From assembly GCA_021324735.1 (NCBI GenBank), contig JAJPIO010000011.1, forward strand, positions 22,612-86,611: DNA of 64,000 nt, written 5' to 3'. The stretch comes from Bacteroidota bacterium (GTDB lineage: Bacteria; Bacteroidota; Ignavibacteria; Palsa-1295). The notes beneath the pieces are model-generated. The model was not told the DNA's origin. It worked only from the letters and a program-made list of their open reading frames with translations, and did no database searches. Every line of letters begins with the position of its first letter. Within the stretch, counting starts at the first letter, position 1. Of the stretch, positions 27,374 to 37,695 are shown piece after piece. Both the position numbers and the translations under genes were made by a program.

Positions 27374-29710
27374 ATGAAACACCTTATCTTTGTCTTCTTG
27401 CTGTTAGCACTTGCGATCTCTAATGTCTCGGCGCAATCGGGATTTCGGGAGACGGTAACGCAATCGAAACGAAGCCAGTCCCAGATCCTGGGTCGTGACT
27501 TTTGGTTTGCACCCATACAGAATGATCCCGATACCACTCAGAAGCTTATTCGGCTTTTTATTGCGTCACCAAATGATGCGACTGTATACATCGAGGTTGG
27601 AACACTGCACGATTCGCTTCAACTGCGGGCGAACTGGACCGCGACATACAATCTCCCCTTATGGACGGAATTGAAGTCAAGTGGAATTTCGGAGAAGAAG
27701 GCTATTCATGTATATTGCACGTTTCATTCGATTGCGGTTACTGCATTCTCCACCGTTGCTTTCTCAGGTGAACGCACTATTGCATCGATTAGCGGAGATG
27801 CGTTTCTTCCGATCCCAACTCAAGGGCTCGGTACTGATTATGTTATAGCTGCATGTCCGGCACCTTCCGGTGTAAATGCTGGCGACAATCCTTCGGAGTT
27901 CACGATCTCAGCACCTTACGACAGCACCGCGATCGATATCACACCGACCGCTGATCTGCGCTTATCATCGTCGTACCCGGACAATGACGTTGCTGCTGTA
28001 TTCCCTGCGGGTAAGCAATTTAGAATTGTCTTAAACAAAGGGGAAGCGATTCAGTATCAAACAAATGTGCCCAACACCGCTAAGCTTGTCGATGTATCTG
28101 GTACCAGCGTTTACTCGAATAAGCCGATCGCTATTGTTGCCGGTGCGATGAATACGCAATTCTGGGACCACAATTATGCTGACAATGTTAGTGAAATAGT
28201 GCCATCGTTCCCCATGTGGGGTAAAACATATTATTCTACGCCCATTTCAGGTGGATGGGATACGTACACTCTTATTTCATCCAAACCTAACCAAACAATT
28301 TACCGTACGACGTGCACGAGTCCTCTTAGAGATACATTCGTCATTCCGACAAAGAATGGAGTATTCCATGTTCAAGAGCAGGATGGGAGCAAGTGGACAA
28401 GCGATGCGCCATTCCTTCTTTCGCAATTCGCAAATAGCGATGGTAAGTATGGCAGTCAACTTTATACTAATCCATTTGCCTATACCTCGGGCCTTATCCT
28501 GACACCAGAAGAGAGCTTTACTGATTCAGTCACTGTAGCTGCTCCCTTAAGCGATTCGTTAGTAGCGTGCGCAAGTTTAGCAAGCTTTATTGCTCACCCA
28601 ACCAGCGTTACCACCGATCCGCCTCAATCTCTTAAAACCTGGCAGTGCTCAACCGGGCCGTATGAAGCCGCTTCTTCTTCATCCAATTATTGGAGCAAAT
28701 TGCAAAGGATGAGCTCAGTATTTCCATTCGATGTATTCGTTACAGGTAGCTCCGGTCCATCGCGTTTTTCATTTTCGTATCCAGCCTTCACGAACGTGGT
28801 GGCTATTGGATTGACTGATAGTCTTTCGCCAACCCCTCAATTTGAGAGTAATGATATTTGCATTCATGCTACGCTCGTCGACTCCACCTCCGGTATTGCG
28901 ACCATCGAACTTGATAGCATTTCGAATTTCACCTTTGCTCTCGATCCATCGTTCGAAATTGGTACGAATATGAAGGCCAGCTTCGTTGATTTTTGCGCTA
29001 TCGATAGCCTCAAGACCGGATATGCATCCTTTCACGCATATGATATGGCTGGTAATCGTACTCAGATATCGATCTCCTACATCAAGCCAACTTTTTCGAG
29101 CCGAGGTTTTTTTGCTGAGACGAAGAATTTCGATACTGTCCTTGTAGGTACTCAAAAGACTCTGCCACGCCTAACGATAACGGATACATCAACCGTCTAT
29201 CCGATCACGATCAATAATGTCTGGACCAATAATGAGGCCTTTATCTTCGATGGCTCACGATCGGAAAATAAATTGCCGATCACACTGACGCCTGGCATTT
29301 CTCATACCTTCTCAATCTCATTTCACCCTACGGAGGCGCGGACGTATGTAGGCGCGATCTCTATCGCTGATGGCGGTGATGTTCCGGCTCAAAGTGTAAG
29401 TATTTCCGGCATTGGTTATACCCAGGGGTCGAATGCAGTCAATACTCTTGGCTCCGGGTTCTATTGTAACATCTCGCCAAACCCTGCGGGAGAAATGGTG
29501 ACCGCACAATTTGGCCTCACGCAGCAAGCAGTTACATCGTTTAGCCTTTATGATCTTCTCGGCAACACCGTCTACTCCTGGCGAGGTGAAGAAGAGGCTG
29601 GCGATCATTTACAGCAATTTGATCTTGGTCACCTTAAGCGTGGTACTTACTTCTGGCGGTTCGAGTCGGGGAGTCAGACGGCCTCCGGTAAGCTCGTGCT
29701 CGATAAATAA
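27374..29710 (+). CDS. IgGFc-binding-domain T9SS protein (paralog 2)
   Basis: Signal MKHLIF..VSA-Q; GRDFWF, LGTDYV, WGKTYY, SDAPFLL, DMAGNR; CTD SPNPA..YDLLG. Confidence 0.85.
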   Translation: MKHLIFVFLLLALAISNVSAQSGFRETVTQSKRSQSQILGRDFWFAPIQNDPDTTQKLIRLFIASPNDATVYIEVGTLHDSLQLRANWTATYNLPLWTELKSSGISEKKAIHVYCTFHSIAVTAFSTVAFSGERTIASISGDAFLPIPTQGLGTDYVIAACPAPSGVNAGDNPSEFTISAPYDSTAIDITPTADLRLSSSYPDNDVAAVFPAGKQFRIVLNKGEAIQYQTNVPNTAKLVDVSGTSVYSNKPIAIVAGAMNTQFWDHNYADNVSEIVPSFPMWGKTYYSTPISGGWDTYTLISSKPNQTIYRTTCTSPLRDTFVIPTKNGVFHVQEQDGSKWTSDAPFLLSQFANSDGKYGSQLYTNPFAYTSGLILTPEESFTDSVTVAAPLSDSLVACASLASFIAHPTSVTTDPPQSLKTWQCSTGPYEAASSSSNYWSKLQRMSSVFPFDVFVTGSSGPSRFSFSYPAFTNVVAIGLTDSLSPTPQFESNDICIHATLVDSTSGIATIELDSISNFTFALDPSFEIGTNMKASFVDFCAIDSLKTGYASFHAYDMAGNRTQISISYIKPTFSSRGFFAETKNFDTVLVGTQKTLPRLTITDTSTVYPITINNVWTNNEAFIFDGSRSENKLPITLTPGISHTFSISFHPTEARTYVGAISIADGGDVPAQSVSISGIGYTQGSNAVNTLGSGFYCNISPNPAGEMVTAQFGLTQQAVTSFSLYDLLGNTVYSWRGEEEAGDHLQQFDLGHLKRGTYFWRFESGSQTASGKLVLDK

Positions 29711-29868
29711 GACTGAATTCCGGCTGAATTAGCCGCAATAAAGATATTTTACACCAGAGCTGTAACTCGGAGCCGTGTTCCGAGTTTTAGTTTTGGCATG
29801 GTTAACTCTACTCCGTTGTTACAGAGATCCAAGGTCCAACCCGATTTTGACAATTATCTCGTATCCCT

Positions 29869-32265
29869 ATGTTACCCCGACTTCGCGGCACCATCGGTGC
29901 TGCACTATTGTGTGCCCTCTTTACTCACTATTCTAACGCTCAATCGCTGTTCCACGATACGGCGTATCATTATAAGGCGGATCTTACCTCCGTTCAGGGA
30001 CGCGAGTTCTGGTTTGCGCCACCGGCGCTCTTCGCAGTACCCTCGGGCAAATATTATGAGCTTTGCATTTCAGCCCAGAAGAACACGACGGTCCACGTAG
30101 TATGTGGTAGCTGGCAAACAACAGCGGCCGTCAAGGCAGGCATCACAACCGCGATCTCACTACCGCTCACGCAAGAGCTTAAGACGAGTGGTATCGTCGA
30201 AAAAAAGGCGTACCACGTTTGGTCAGACGATGCGGACCTCGACGTAATTCTCGCCGCCGATATTCCCTCTCAAGCCGGCGATGTAATGCATATTCTGCCC
30301 ACCTACGCACTTGGTACTGATTATGTCGTTGCCTCGTATCCCGCGCTTTTTATGGGCGGTGGTAATTCGCAATATGATTATCCATCGGAGTTTACGATCG
30401 TTGCCCAGCACGATAGCACGGTCGTGACCATCTTGCCTTCAACGGACATGCGGCAGGAAACGGAGATCGTGCCGAGTCCGGATCACATCGCGTACGCTCA
30501 TGGTCAACAATTTACGGTCGAACTGCACCGTGGGCTAGCGGTACAGTATAAAACGGTTACGTCGCAATCTCCGGATTACGATGTAAGCGGTACAGTAATT
30601 CACTCGACCTATCCCGTCGCCGTGATAGGCGCTTCTATGCGCGCATACGTACCGGTTGGATATCCGCACTTTGACTATGTCGCTGATATGGTCCCGCCGA
30701 TACGCTCATGGGGGAAAACGTATTATTCGATGCCGTTCTACCAGCCGGCAGGCGTGTCCAATCATGATGCGAGCTCTTTCCTTATCATCGGCACCAAGGC
30801 TGGTCAAAATATTTATCGTTACGATCAGGCTTCGGGCGATCAAGTTCTTGCATTGCTCGATAAGCCGTACGATATTTCATACGCTCCTGATATCAGCAAG
30901 CCGAGCCTATGGCATAGCGACGCACCGTTCCTGCTTGTGCAGTATATCAATAGCGCTACGTATCCCGATAGTCTGCTAAAAGCGAAAGGCACTCCGGCAA
31001 TGATGGTGTTGCCACCAGTCGAAGAGTTTGGAACGACCGCCACGCTTCAACCGCCTCTCAAAACGGCGACGTTCAATTCAGACATTGCAATGTACGTTAA
31101 TATCATTGCGAGTGACGATGCTACAACGGTCACCTTCGACGGACAACGCATCAATAGCTGGTATAAGCGACCCATCGATGGTAAGTATTCGATCTATCGG
31201 GGTGTAAGCGTTGCACAGGGGCCGCACGTCGTTAAATCCGATAAGCCGGTAGGAGTATATGCTTACGGGTATTCGAACGCGACATCGGGCGAAAGTATCG
31301 GTTATCCGGCCCAGAACGGGCTCATCGCTCTGCCAGGCTCGGATACGACCGGACCTACGATCGCCTGGGAGAACGGAACCGGTTGCGGCCATGCTACTAT
31401 TCGCGACGAGGTGTCTGGTCTCTCTCATTTCCGCGTTGATACGATCGCGAATATGACCTCGACCCGTGACACCCTCTATATGGCTGGCGATAGCACCCGT
31501 GAAACCTATCTCGATGCGTGCCTTATCGATGCTGGTAAGAATGGCTTTCTTCGGCTTACCGCCTTTGATATGGCCGGAAATCGGAGCGTAAGCGAATTTA
31601 CCTATACCGCACCAACATCAACGACTCTTAAACCGGGCTTTACCTTAGCGGCATCATCGTTCGATACCGTTCGCGTTGGCACAACGAAGACGCTTGCTCT
31701 CGCTATTCTCACGGATACCTCCTCCATCTGGCCGATCACCTTCGACAGCATTTGGACCGATAACGCAGCATTTACAAGCTACCAGAATGGACTTCCCTTG
31801 ACACTCCTTCCTGGATCGAGCGATACGCTCGGCATTAGCTTTACGCCGACCAAAAACAATATTTACTCGGCATTCCTGTATGCTCATAGCCCATCTGTAG
31901 GGACGCAGAAGGCGGCCCTCCATGGCAGTGGCTATAGCTCGGATGCCGTGAGCACACCCGTTGATGATCCTTCAGCATGGCTTGCAAGCGGTTCTGGTAA
32001 TTTGTTCTTACTCCCTCCTTCACCAAATCCAACTTCCAGCGAGCTCTCTATCGCTTATGCACTCCGCAGCACTTCAACGGTATGGTTCGGACTCTATTCA
32101 TGCACTGGCGAGCTCGTCTACTCATGGAAAGAAGCTGCCCAGCAAGCTGGAATACATAGTCAAACGTTTAATTTGAACGCTCTTCCAAATGGAGGTTACT
32201 TCTACCGCTTGGAAGCAAACGGTGAGAGCAAGATAGGAAAGATCGCAGTAAAGAGGCGAAAGTAA
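29869..32265 (+). CDS. IgGFc-binding-domain T9SS protein (paralog 3)
   Basis: GREFWF, LGTDYVV, PSEFTI, SDKPVGVYAYGY, DMAGNR; CTD PSPNP..GGYFYRL. Confidence 0.85.
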   Translation: MLPRLRGTIGAALLCALFTHYSNAQSLFHDTAYHYKADLTSVQGREFWFAPPALFAVPSGKYYELCISAQKNTTVHVVCGSWQTTAAVKAGITTAISLPLTQELKTSGIVEKKAYHVWSDDADLDVILAADIPSQAGDVMHILPTYALGTDYVVASYPALFMGGGNSQYDYPSEFTIVAQHDSTVVTILPSTDMRQETEIVPSPDHIAYAHGQQFTVELHRGLAVQYKTVTSQSPDYDVSGTVIHSTYPVAVIGASMRAYVPVGYPHFDYVADMVPPIRSWGKTYYSMPFYQPAGVSNHDASSFLIIGTKAGQNIYRYDQASGDQVLALLDKPYDISYAPDISKPSLWHSDAPFLLVQYINSATYPDSLLKAKGTPAMMVLPPVEEFGTTATLQPPLKTATFNSDIAMYVNIIASDDATTVTFDGQRINSWYKRPIDGKYSIYRGVSVAQGPHVVKSDKPVGVYAYGYSNATSGESIGYPAQNGLIALPGSDTTGPTIAWENGTGCGHATIRDEVSGLSHFRVDTIANMTSTRDTLYMAGDSTRETYLDACLIDAGKNGFLRLTAFDMAGNRSVSEFTYTAPTSTTLKPGFTLAASSFDTVRVGTTKTLALAILTDTSSIWPITFDSIWTDNAAFTSYQNGLPLTLLPGSSDTLGISFTPTKNNIYSAFLYAHSPSVGTQKAALHGSGYSSDAVSTPVDDPSAWLASGSGNLFLLPPSPNPTSSELSIAYALRSTSTVWFGLYSCTGELVYSWKEAAQQAGIHSQTFNLNALPNGGYFYRLEANGESKIGKIAVKRRK

Positions 32266-32346
32266 AGAGATAAAAATAAAATTAGCCCTTCCAACTTGGA
32301 AGAGCTAATTCGTAAATGCGAAGAATTGTGCTCTCGTCTAGAGTAT

Positions 32347-33213
32347 CTACTCTTTCGCTATTACCACGCTTTTCGATTCGGTACCGCCTGCGGTCGAGGC
32401 ATCGACTCGGACCAACATTACGCCCTTCGCTTGTGTCAGGCCGCTCAGGTCGATGATATTTTCGCCAGCGATGCCACTTTTCATCTCTCGGAAAACCTCG
32501 CGGCCTGTTACATCGTAGCCGGTGATCGTCATGCGTGCCGACTCCAAGAGTGTGACCGCGAGAGCACCGCGATCGATCATTGGATTCGGGTACGCTGTCA
32601 GCGATTCGATCACACCAGCGGACGATGAAGCGCCATCCGCTACACTCGCGTTAGGGATCACCGGCCGCATATTGTAAAAGATCGTGAGTACCGCCGTCTG
32701 CCAGTTCTGGTAATCGTGGTTATCGGATATATTATTTGAGACCGAAATAACGAACGGGGGATTCGTCGAAAGGTCGAGTAGTGTACCCGAGTTTGCGCTC
32801 GGGGGCGTGATCAGGATACCGGTGATCGGCAATTTGATCTGCTCCGGATTCCACGTCAGTTGTACGGGATAGGTCCCGCCGTAGATATGGAATTTATACT
32901 GAAGATAAAACGAATCGGTCGTCGGCTTTGGCTGAATAAGCACGTGCGTACCGAGATAATCCTTCGTCGGATACTCGATGTAAGCAAGGAAGTCTTCGCC
33001 TAAAGGGGGGCCAAGATTGGGCACCTCGTCCTCGCCAAACGCGGTATCATCGAAGGCCTTTGCACGCGGATCGAAGCCGAACCACAATGCAGTATCGACG
33101 GTCGCAGAGTTTTGGATCCGCAGCCGTAGCGCGAACTCTGGCGTTAAGTGCTGCGCATGCACTATTAGCGGCGCGACGAGAAGAAGTGATAGAATCAGCA
33201 GTCGTTTCATCAT
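32347..33213 (-). CDS. T9SS-secreted protein of unknown function
   Basis: Signal ending VHA-Q; LWFG..A...D...GE.E.P module; CTD AYPNP..YDVTG. Confidence 0.8.
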   Translation of the reverse strand: MMKRLLILSLLLVAPLIVHAQHLTPEFALRLRIQNSATVDTALWFGFDPRAKAFDDTAFGEDEVPNLGPPLGEDFLAYIEYPTKDYLGTHVLIQPKPTTDSFYLQYKFHIYGGTYPVQLTWNPEQIKLPITGILITPPSANSGTLLDLSTNPPFVISVSNNISDNHDYQNWQTAVLTIFYNMRPVIPNASVADGASSSAGVIESLTAYPNPMIDRGALAVTLLESARMTITGYDVTGREVFREMKSGIAGENIIDLSGLTQAKGVMLVRVDASTAGGTESKSVVIAKE

Positions 33214-33280
33214 AGATCCCTGGCCTTAATAAGTAAAGTTACTGGCCGTAAAATGTAACCTTTGAAATAGCTTATACGGA

Positions 33281-33338
33281 GCTTTGAGCCTTTACTAAAA
33301 GCTCAAAGCGGAGACCACTTATAGAAGCAGTCTCCGCT
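33281..33338 (-). terminator. Terminator-like double hairpin downstream of the 974-aa gene
   Basis: AGCGGAGAC/GTCTCCGCT stem followed by TTGAGCTTTT; overlaps a second stem GCTTTGAGC/GCTCAAAGC. Confidence 0.55.
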
Positions 33339-33418
33339 CTGAATAACTCCTGTTGTCGAGGCTTGTTACACCTCAACCCCGAGCCTAAGGCTTACGCCGT
33401 TGGCTCATCCTTTCTCAC

Positions 33419-36292
33419 TTAGTGAGAAAGGGTCATGTGCTGGGTCTGGACGAAGTTGCCAGCCTTCAGCGTGTAATAGTAGGTGCCGGCCGGCAGGTTC
33501 GAGCCATCAAAGATAGCCTCGTGCGGACCCGCGCTAACTACGCCATTGACGAGCGTCGAGACGACCTCACCAAGCGCGTTGTAGACTACGAGCGATACTA
33601 CAGACTCCTGTGGGAGCGTGTAGGTGATCTTCGACGTAGCATTGAACGGATTCGGCTGGTTCTGCTCGAGCGAGAAGCCAACCATGTTCGAGCCAACGCC
33701 TTCCTGCTTCTCAGCAATGCGAACCTGCGTCGTCGTCGGATCGGAGATCGTGACGATACCATTGTTCGTCGCCGTGCCAATGACCTTACCGTTCATATCG
33801 GTGACTTCGACCGAACCGCTGAGATTCGTGAAGTTCATCGTGACCGGGAAGTTCGAAGCATGCAGGTTGACCACATACGAGCTATGGTTGTAGCTGGCCA
33901 TACCGCTGTTGGTCGCGAAGCGAGCATCGAAGGACTGGAACTGGTTCGGCATTTCGAACTGGCCCTCAGGAATCGACGTCGTTACATGACCGAAGTAAAG
34001 GTTCTGACCATTCTGCTCTGCATCGCGAACATAGACGTTCGTAAGCTGACCGATCACGTTCGAGCGATCGTTGCTCTTGCCTGCCCAGTTGGAAGAACCG
34101 CCTTTGGCGATCTCCTTGTGACCGGTCAGGTTGTAATAACCGGAGTAGTCAACCTTGATAAAGTAACCCTTACCAGGTGTAAGGAAGCCAGTTTGGTCAT
34201 AACCATGCTGCGGCGTGAACTCCCACACGTAGTCGTTCGTAAGGAGCGACGGTACCTGGGTCGAACCCTGGTTCGGTGTGAAGTTGATATCAGTTACGGT
34301 GCTAACACCGCTCGTTGCGCCAACCGTGTTCCAACCCTGCTGGATCTTCACATTGCTGACTTGGTATGATAACGTACCGGCTACGATACCGTCGTTTCCG
34401 ATGAAATCGCCGTAACGAATCATGTAACCACGACCGAACTCGAGCAGATTAGCTGCAGGCTGGAACCAGCCGCTCTGTGAACCATACGCGAATGGCGGGG
34501 TGACCGCATTCGGGAAAATGATGCTTGCATCTGGGTTCGGTACTACGACCGGAAGCGAAATGAGCGTCCAGCTAAATGGCTTCAGGAAGGTCGCAATGTT
34601 TGCGATCGTCGCCGGCGTGTAGTAAATGTAGAAGTGATCGATGCGGTGGTCGTTGATCGTGACGCAACGCATGTTGTTCTGATCGAGCGTGGCCTGACGC
34701 AGATCGATACCCTGTTCGCCACCATTGAGTGTGAACTTGAGCACGATGCGACCGCCAGCCGGGAAGTCCGAAGGATCGACACAGACCTTCACCGGATAGC
34801 AATTGACATTGCCCGGGTTGAAGTTGACCTGATAGATCAGGGTCGTGTCCGTGTTTGGAGAACGAATGTCGCGGGTAAGACCAACGAAGTTCGGATCCTG
34901 GAATTGAACGTCAGCACTCGGATTAAGCGGCTTGAAGTACGCATAGCACCGGCCAAGAGTATCGAAGTTCGTAATATCCGACGTCATTACTTTGCTCTCG
35001 CCATAGAGAACATCGATGCCTTCCGTTGCACCGGCGCCTGTACCGAAGGTCAGAACGTTCGTGCAAACCGGTGAGCAGCTATTCGAAATGTTCAGACGAA
35101 TACCCGTACCACTTGCGGTCGGCTCGTTCGGAGCGGCCAAGCGGACGAAACGAACATGAAGCTTGAGTGGCGAATTCGAGGCGCCATAGCTCTGGAAGGT
35201 TACCGTTGCGTAGTATACTCCAGGAGCAAGGTTCTGCGGATTGCCTACCGTCATAAAGATATTACGTACCTGCGAACCGAAGCTCGTCGTATAATCGATA
35301 GCGTCGTTCGGAAGGAACAAGGTATCTGTTCCACCCGGAGCATTCTCGTTCACCGTAAGCCATTGCTGGTCGGACGATATTAGTACGTTATCGATCTCGG
35401 TATTACCGACAGCGTCACTGACCTGTATAGAACGGGTGACCGTACCGCCAGAGACCGTTGGATCGTAGACGAGGTCCACGAGAAGCGAATCATTGGCGTC
35501 ATCGATCTGACCGATCTGTGAAAGCGGCTTGAGCAAGAAGGCCGGCTGTGCCGTAATCTGTACAAGACCGTAACCCTTCTTCGAGGCACCGAACGTACCA
35601 ATACCACCGCCAAAGTTGCCGTGCGTATAATCCAGCGACGGACCACCCGGAGCATTGATCAGCGAATCGCCAACATGATCGTTGAAGCGAGCGGAGTCGA
35701 GGTGAATTTCACCCGCGTTAACCGCGCTTACGACGACCTTGAAACGAAGCCAGAGCAAAACACCATTGTGCTCGGAGCAACCCGAATCGGCCGAGTTGTT
35801 AAGTGGAAGCGGCACCGAACTCGCACCAGCGATACGGATCACATGACGATACGGATTCGTCGGATCATTCGCTTGCTGATCGCTCCACTGTACGAAGAAC
35901 GTCTTGGCAAGCGCCGTGTCCTTCGCCTGTGGGCCGGTCAATACGATCGGTGAACCGTGGCCGGTATCGAGCACCATCGCTTGCGTCAGGTACCAGAACT
36001 GAAACTCGAAGCTCCGGATCGGCTCCAGGTGCTGGCCAAAGTGCTGGCCATCATTGTTTGGGTTGTAATTGGTATCGGCCTCGTTGTAAATCCATACTGG
36101 AACGAGGAAGTACCGATCTCCACCGGCTCCCGGACCCGGTACCCGTTCGATACCATCCGGCATGCAATGGAAATTGCGTAGGGAGAGCGTCGGATACATC
36201 CGAAGTTGTTGGCTTCGGACCGACGACACTCCCGCGAGCAGCACGAGGACCGCTATCACGGTCGTTGCCCATGAGCTGTAAAGCTTGCGCAT
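33419..36292 (-). CDS. T9SS-secreted cohesin-like + BACON-like multidomain protein
   Basis: AAGGAGA SD; cohesin pattern LVPVWI..IRSFEFQFWY..GVLLWLRFKVV; SDQQWLTV..LAPGVYYATVT; CTD LEQNQPNPFN. Confidence 0.8.
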   Translation of the reverse strand: MRKLYSSWATTVIAVLVLLAGVSSVRSQQLRMYPTLSLRNFHCMPDGIERVPGPGAGGDRYFLVPVWIYNEADTNYNPNNDGQHFGQHLEPIRSFEFQFWYLTQAMVLDTGHGSPIVLTGPQAKDTALAKTFFVQWSDQQANDPTNPYRHVIRIAGASSVPLPLNNSADSGCSEHNGVLLWLRFKVVVSAVNAGEIHLDSARFNDHVGDSLINAPGGPSLDYTHGNFGGGIGTFGASKKGYGLVQITAQPAFLLKPLSQIGQIDDANDSLLVDLVYDPTVSGGTVTRSIQVSDAVGNTEIDNVLISSDQQWLTVNENAPGGTDTLFLPNDAIDYTTSFGSQVRNIFMTVGNPQNLAPGVYYATVTFQSYGASNSPLKLHVRFVRLAAPNEPTASGTGIRLNISNSCSPVCTNVLTFGTGAGATEGIDVLYGESKVMTSDITNFDTLGRCYAYFKPLNPSADVQFQDPNFVGLTRDIRSPNTDTTLIYQVNFNPGNVNCYPVKVCVDPSDFPAGGRIVLKFTLNGGEQGIDLRQATLDQNNMRCVTINDHRIDHFYIYYTPATIANIATFLKPFSWTLISLPVVVPNPDASIIFPNAVTPPFAYGSQSGWFQPAANLLEFGRGYMIRYGDFIGNDGIVAGTLSYQVSNVKIQQGWNTVGATSGVSTVTDINFTPNQGSTQVPSLLTNDYVWEFTPQHGYDQTGFLTPGKGYFIKVDYSGYYNLTGHKEIAKGGSSNWAGKSNDRSNVIGQLTNVYVRDAEQNGQNLYFGHVTTSIPEGQFEMPNQFQSFDARFATNSGMASYNHSSYVVNLHASNFPVTMNFTNLSGSVEVTDMNGKVIGTATNNGIVTISDPTTTQVRIAEKQEGVGSNMVGFSLEQNQPNPFNATSKITYTLPQESVVSLVVYNALGEVVSTLVNGVVSAGPHEAIFDGSNLPAGTYYYTLKAGNFVQTQHMTLSH

Positions 36293-36421
36293 GGCCTTAT
36301 TCTCCTTAATTGTAAAATTGTTAGGGTTCATCATACCTGACAACTAATTCATTTTCAAACACTTTGTTACATCCTCGCTGAAGGATGTTTGTTCTTTCTA
36401 TGGCTATCGCTATCGTTCAAG

Positions 36422-37633
36422 TTACCGCTCGATCACGAGCATCGCTCTGATCCTCTCGTGCTGACTTCCGCTTTCGGCGATCACCTGATAAACACCAGGC
36501 GATAGATCAGCCGGCACCTGCCATGTCGTCGATGTCCCGTCCCACGAATACAGCGGGCGTCCCAGTACATCGAATACACCGATCGTTAGCATTCCTTCGA
36601 AGCCGCTTGCTTCGATCCGCACCGAACTCGTCGCCGGATTTGGATAGATCTCAAGCTTCGTACTCTGACCCTCTTCGATCGCTACACTGCTGGGCGCGCT
36701 GCCTTTTAAGCAGATCGAACCAGCAGTATACACCGTATTACCGATCAGTGCATCGCTGTTTGTCGGACGAAGAGAAACATCGCTCAGCGTCTCGCAAACA
36801 GTATCTAAACCGACCAGCCCGACAAACGGAAGTGCGATCAGCGTGTCACCACCGAATAGCACATCTGATACCGCATGAACCGAGATCGAAACTGCACGAC
36901 GGCCACCCATGAGGGCCGTACTATGCATGCTATCGACCACAAGCTCCGCTGCCTTTCCTGCAAGTGCACCAGATAACGAAAGCACTGTGCTATCATACGT
37001 GAATGACAGTACCGCACTTCGCATCCTCGCACCCGAAAGATTGGACGCGATCACCGGCAGCCTAAAGGGGACTGAATCCGGGCTATACCCTTGGGTAACA
37101 CCCTTTACGTCAACGGATGGTGTTGTTAGCACCACATGTCCCGCGGCTGTTGCTGTTCTGATCCATCCATCCTGCGTCGTTACTTGATCTACGTTTTCAG
37201 AAGCATCGAATAAGACGAAGGATGAATCCCAGTGAATGAATGCTGTATCTGCAAGCTGGTGATTGACTCGGAATTTGATCCGGAAAAGAACCGGATTCGA
37301 CAAGTCGATCTCCGATTGCCCTCGTGCGGTAATTCCCAGATGACTGCTCGTCGTATCGAAGAACATTCCCGAAGCGGTCCCCGCCAGATCGTATTCGACC
37401 GGATAGATCTCGGTCGTATCGTAGGAGAATCGCGCCTGAAAGTAATTGATAGTGTGAGCGTGGGTAGAAGTAAACGAGTAATACACGTTCACGGCTACCG
37501 TATCACCTGCCTTTGCCGTTACCGTGTCGAAGCGAATATGAAAGACGTTTTGCGCTTTCACCGATTCGGCACTACTAACCAGAAACAGGGTCATGAGAAC
37601 CACTCGAATGAGCAGCCTCATATTCTTAGCCAT
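36422..37633 (-). CDS. T9SS-secreted protein with two cohesin-like domains
   Basis: AKAGDTVAVNV..FQARFSYD..LFRIKFRV and LPV..LSFTYDSTVL..LIALPF; CTD IYPNPA. Confidence 0.8.
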   Translation of the reverse strand: MAKNMRLLIRVVLMTLFLVSSAESVKAQNVFHIRFDTVTAKAGDTVAVNVYYSFTSTHAHTINYFQARFSYDTTEIYPVEYDLAGTASGMFFDTTSSHLGITARGQSEIDLSNPVLFRIKFRVNHQLADTAFIHWDSSFVLFDASENVDQVTTQDGWIRTATAAGHVVLTTPSVDVKGVTQGYSPDSVPFRLPVIASNLSGARMRSAVLSFTYDSTVLSLSGALAGKAAELVVDSMHSTALMGGRRAVSISVHAVSDVLFGGDTLIALPFVGLVGLDTVCETLSDVSLRPTNSDALIGNTVYTAGSICLKGSAPSSVAIEEGQSTKLEIYPNPATSSVRIEASGFEGMLTIGVFDVLGRPLYSWDGTSTTWQVPADLSPGVYQVIAESGSQHERIRAMLVIER

Positions 37634-37695
37634 AGTTTTTCAAAGAACGATACGTGAATGGGTGGCACTCCTGAGCGCCACCCAAGCGAGTATTA

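Noticed and set aside
23970-32265. Diversity-generating retroelement acting on the paralogs
   Set aside because: No reverse transcriptase and no near-identical TR/VR pair differing at adenines was seen.
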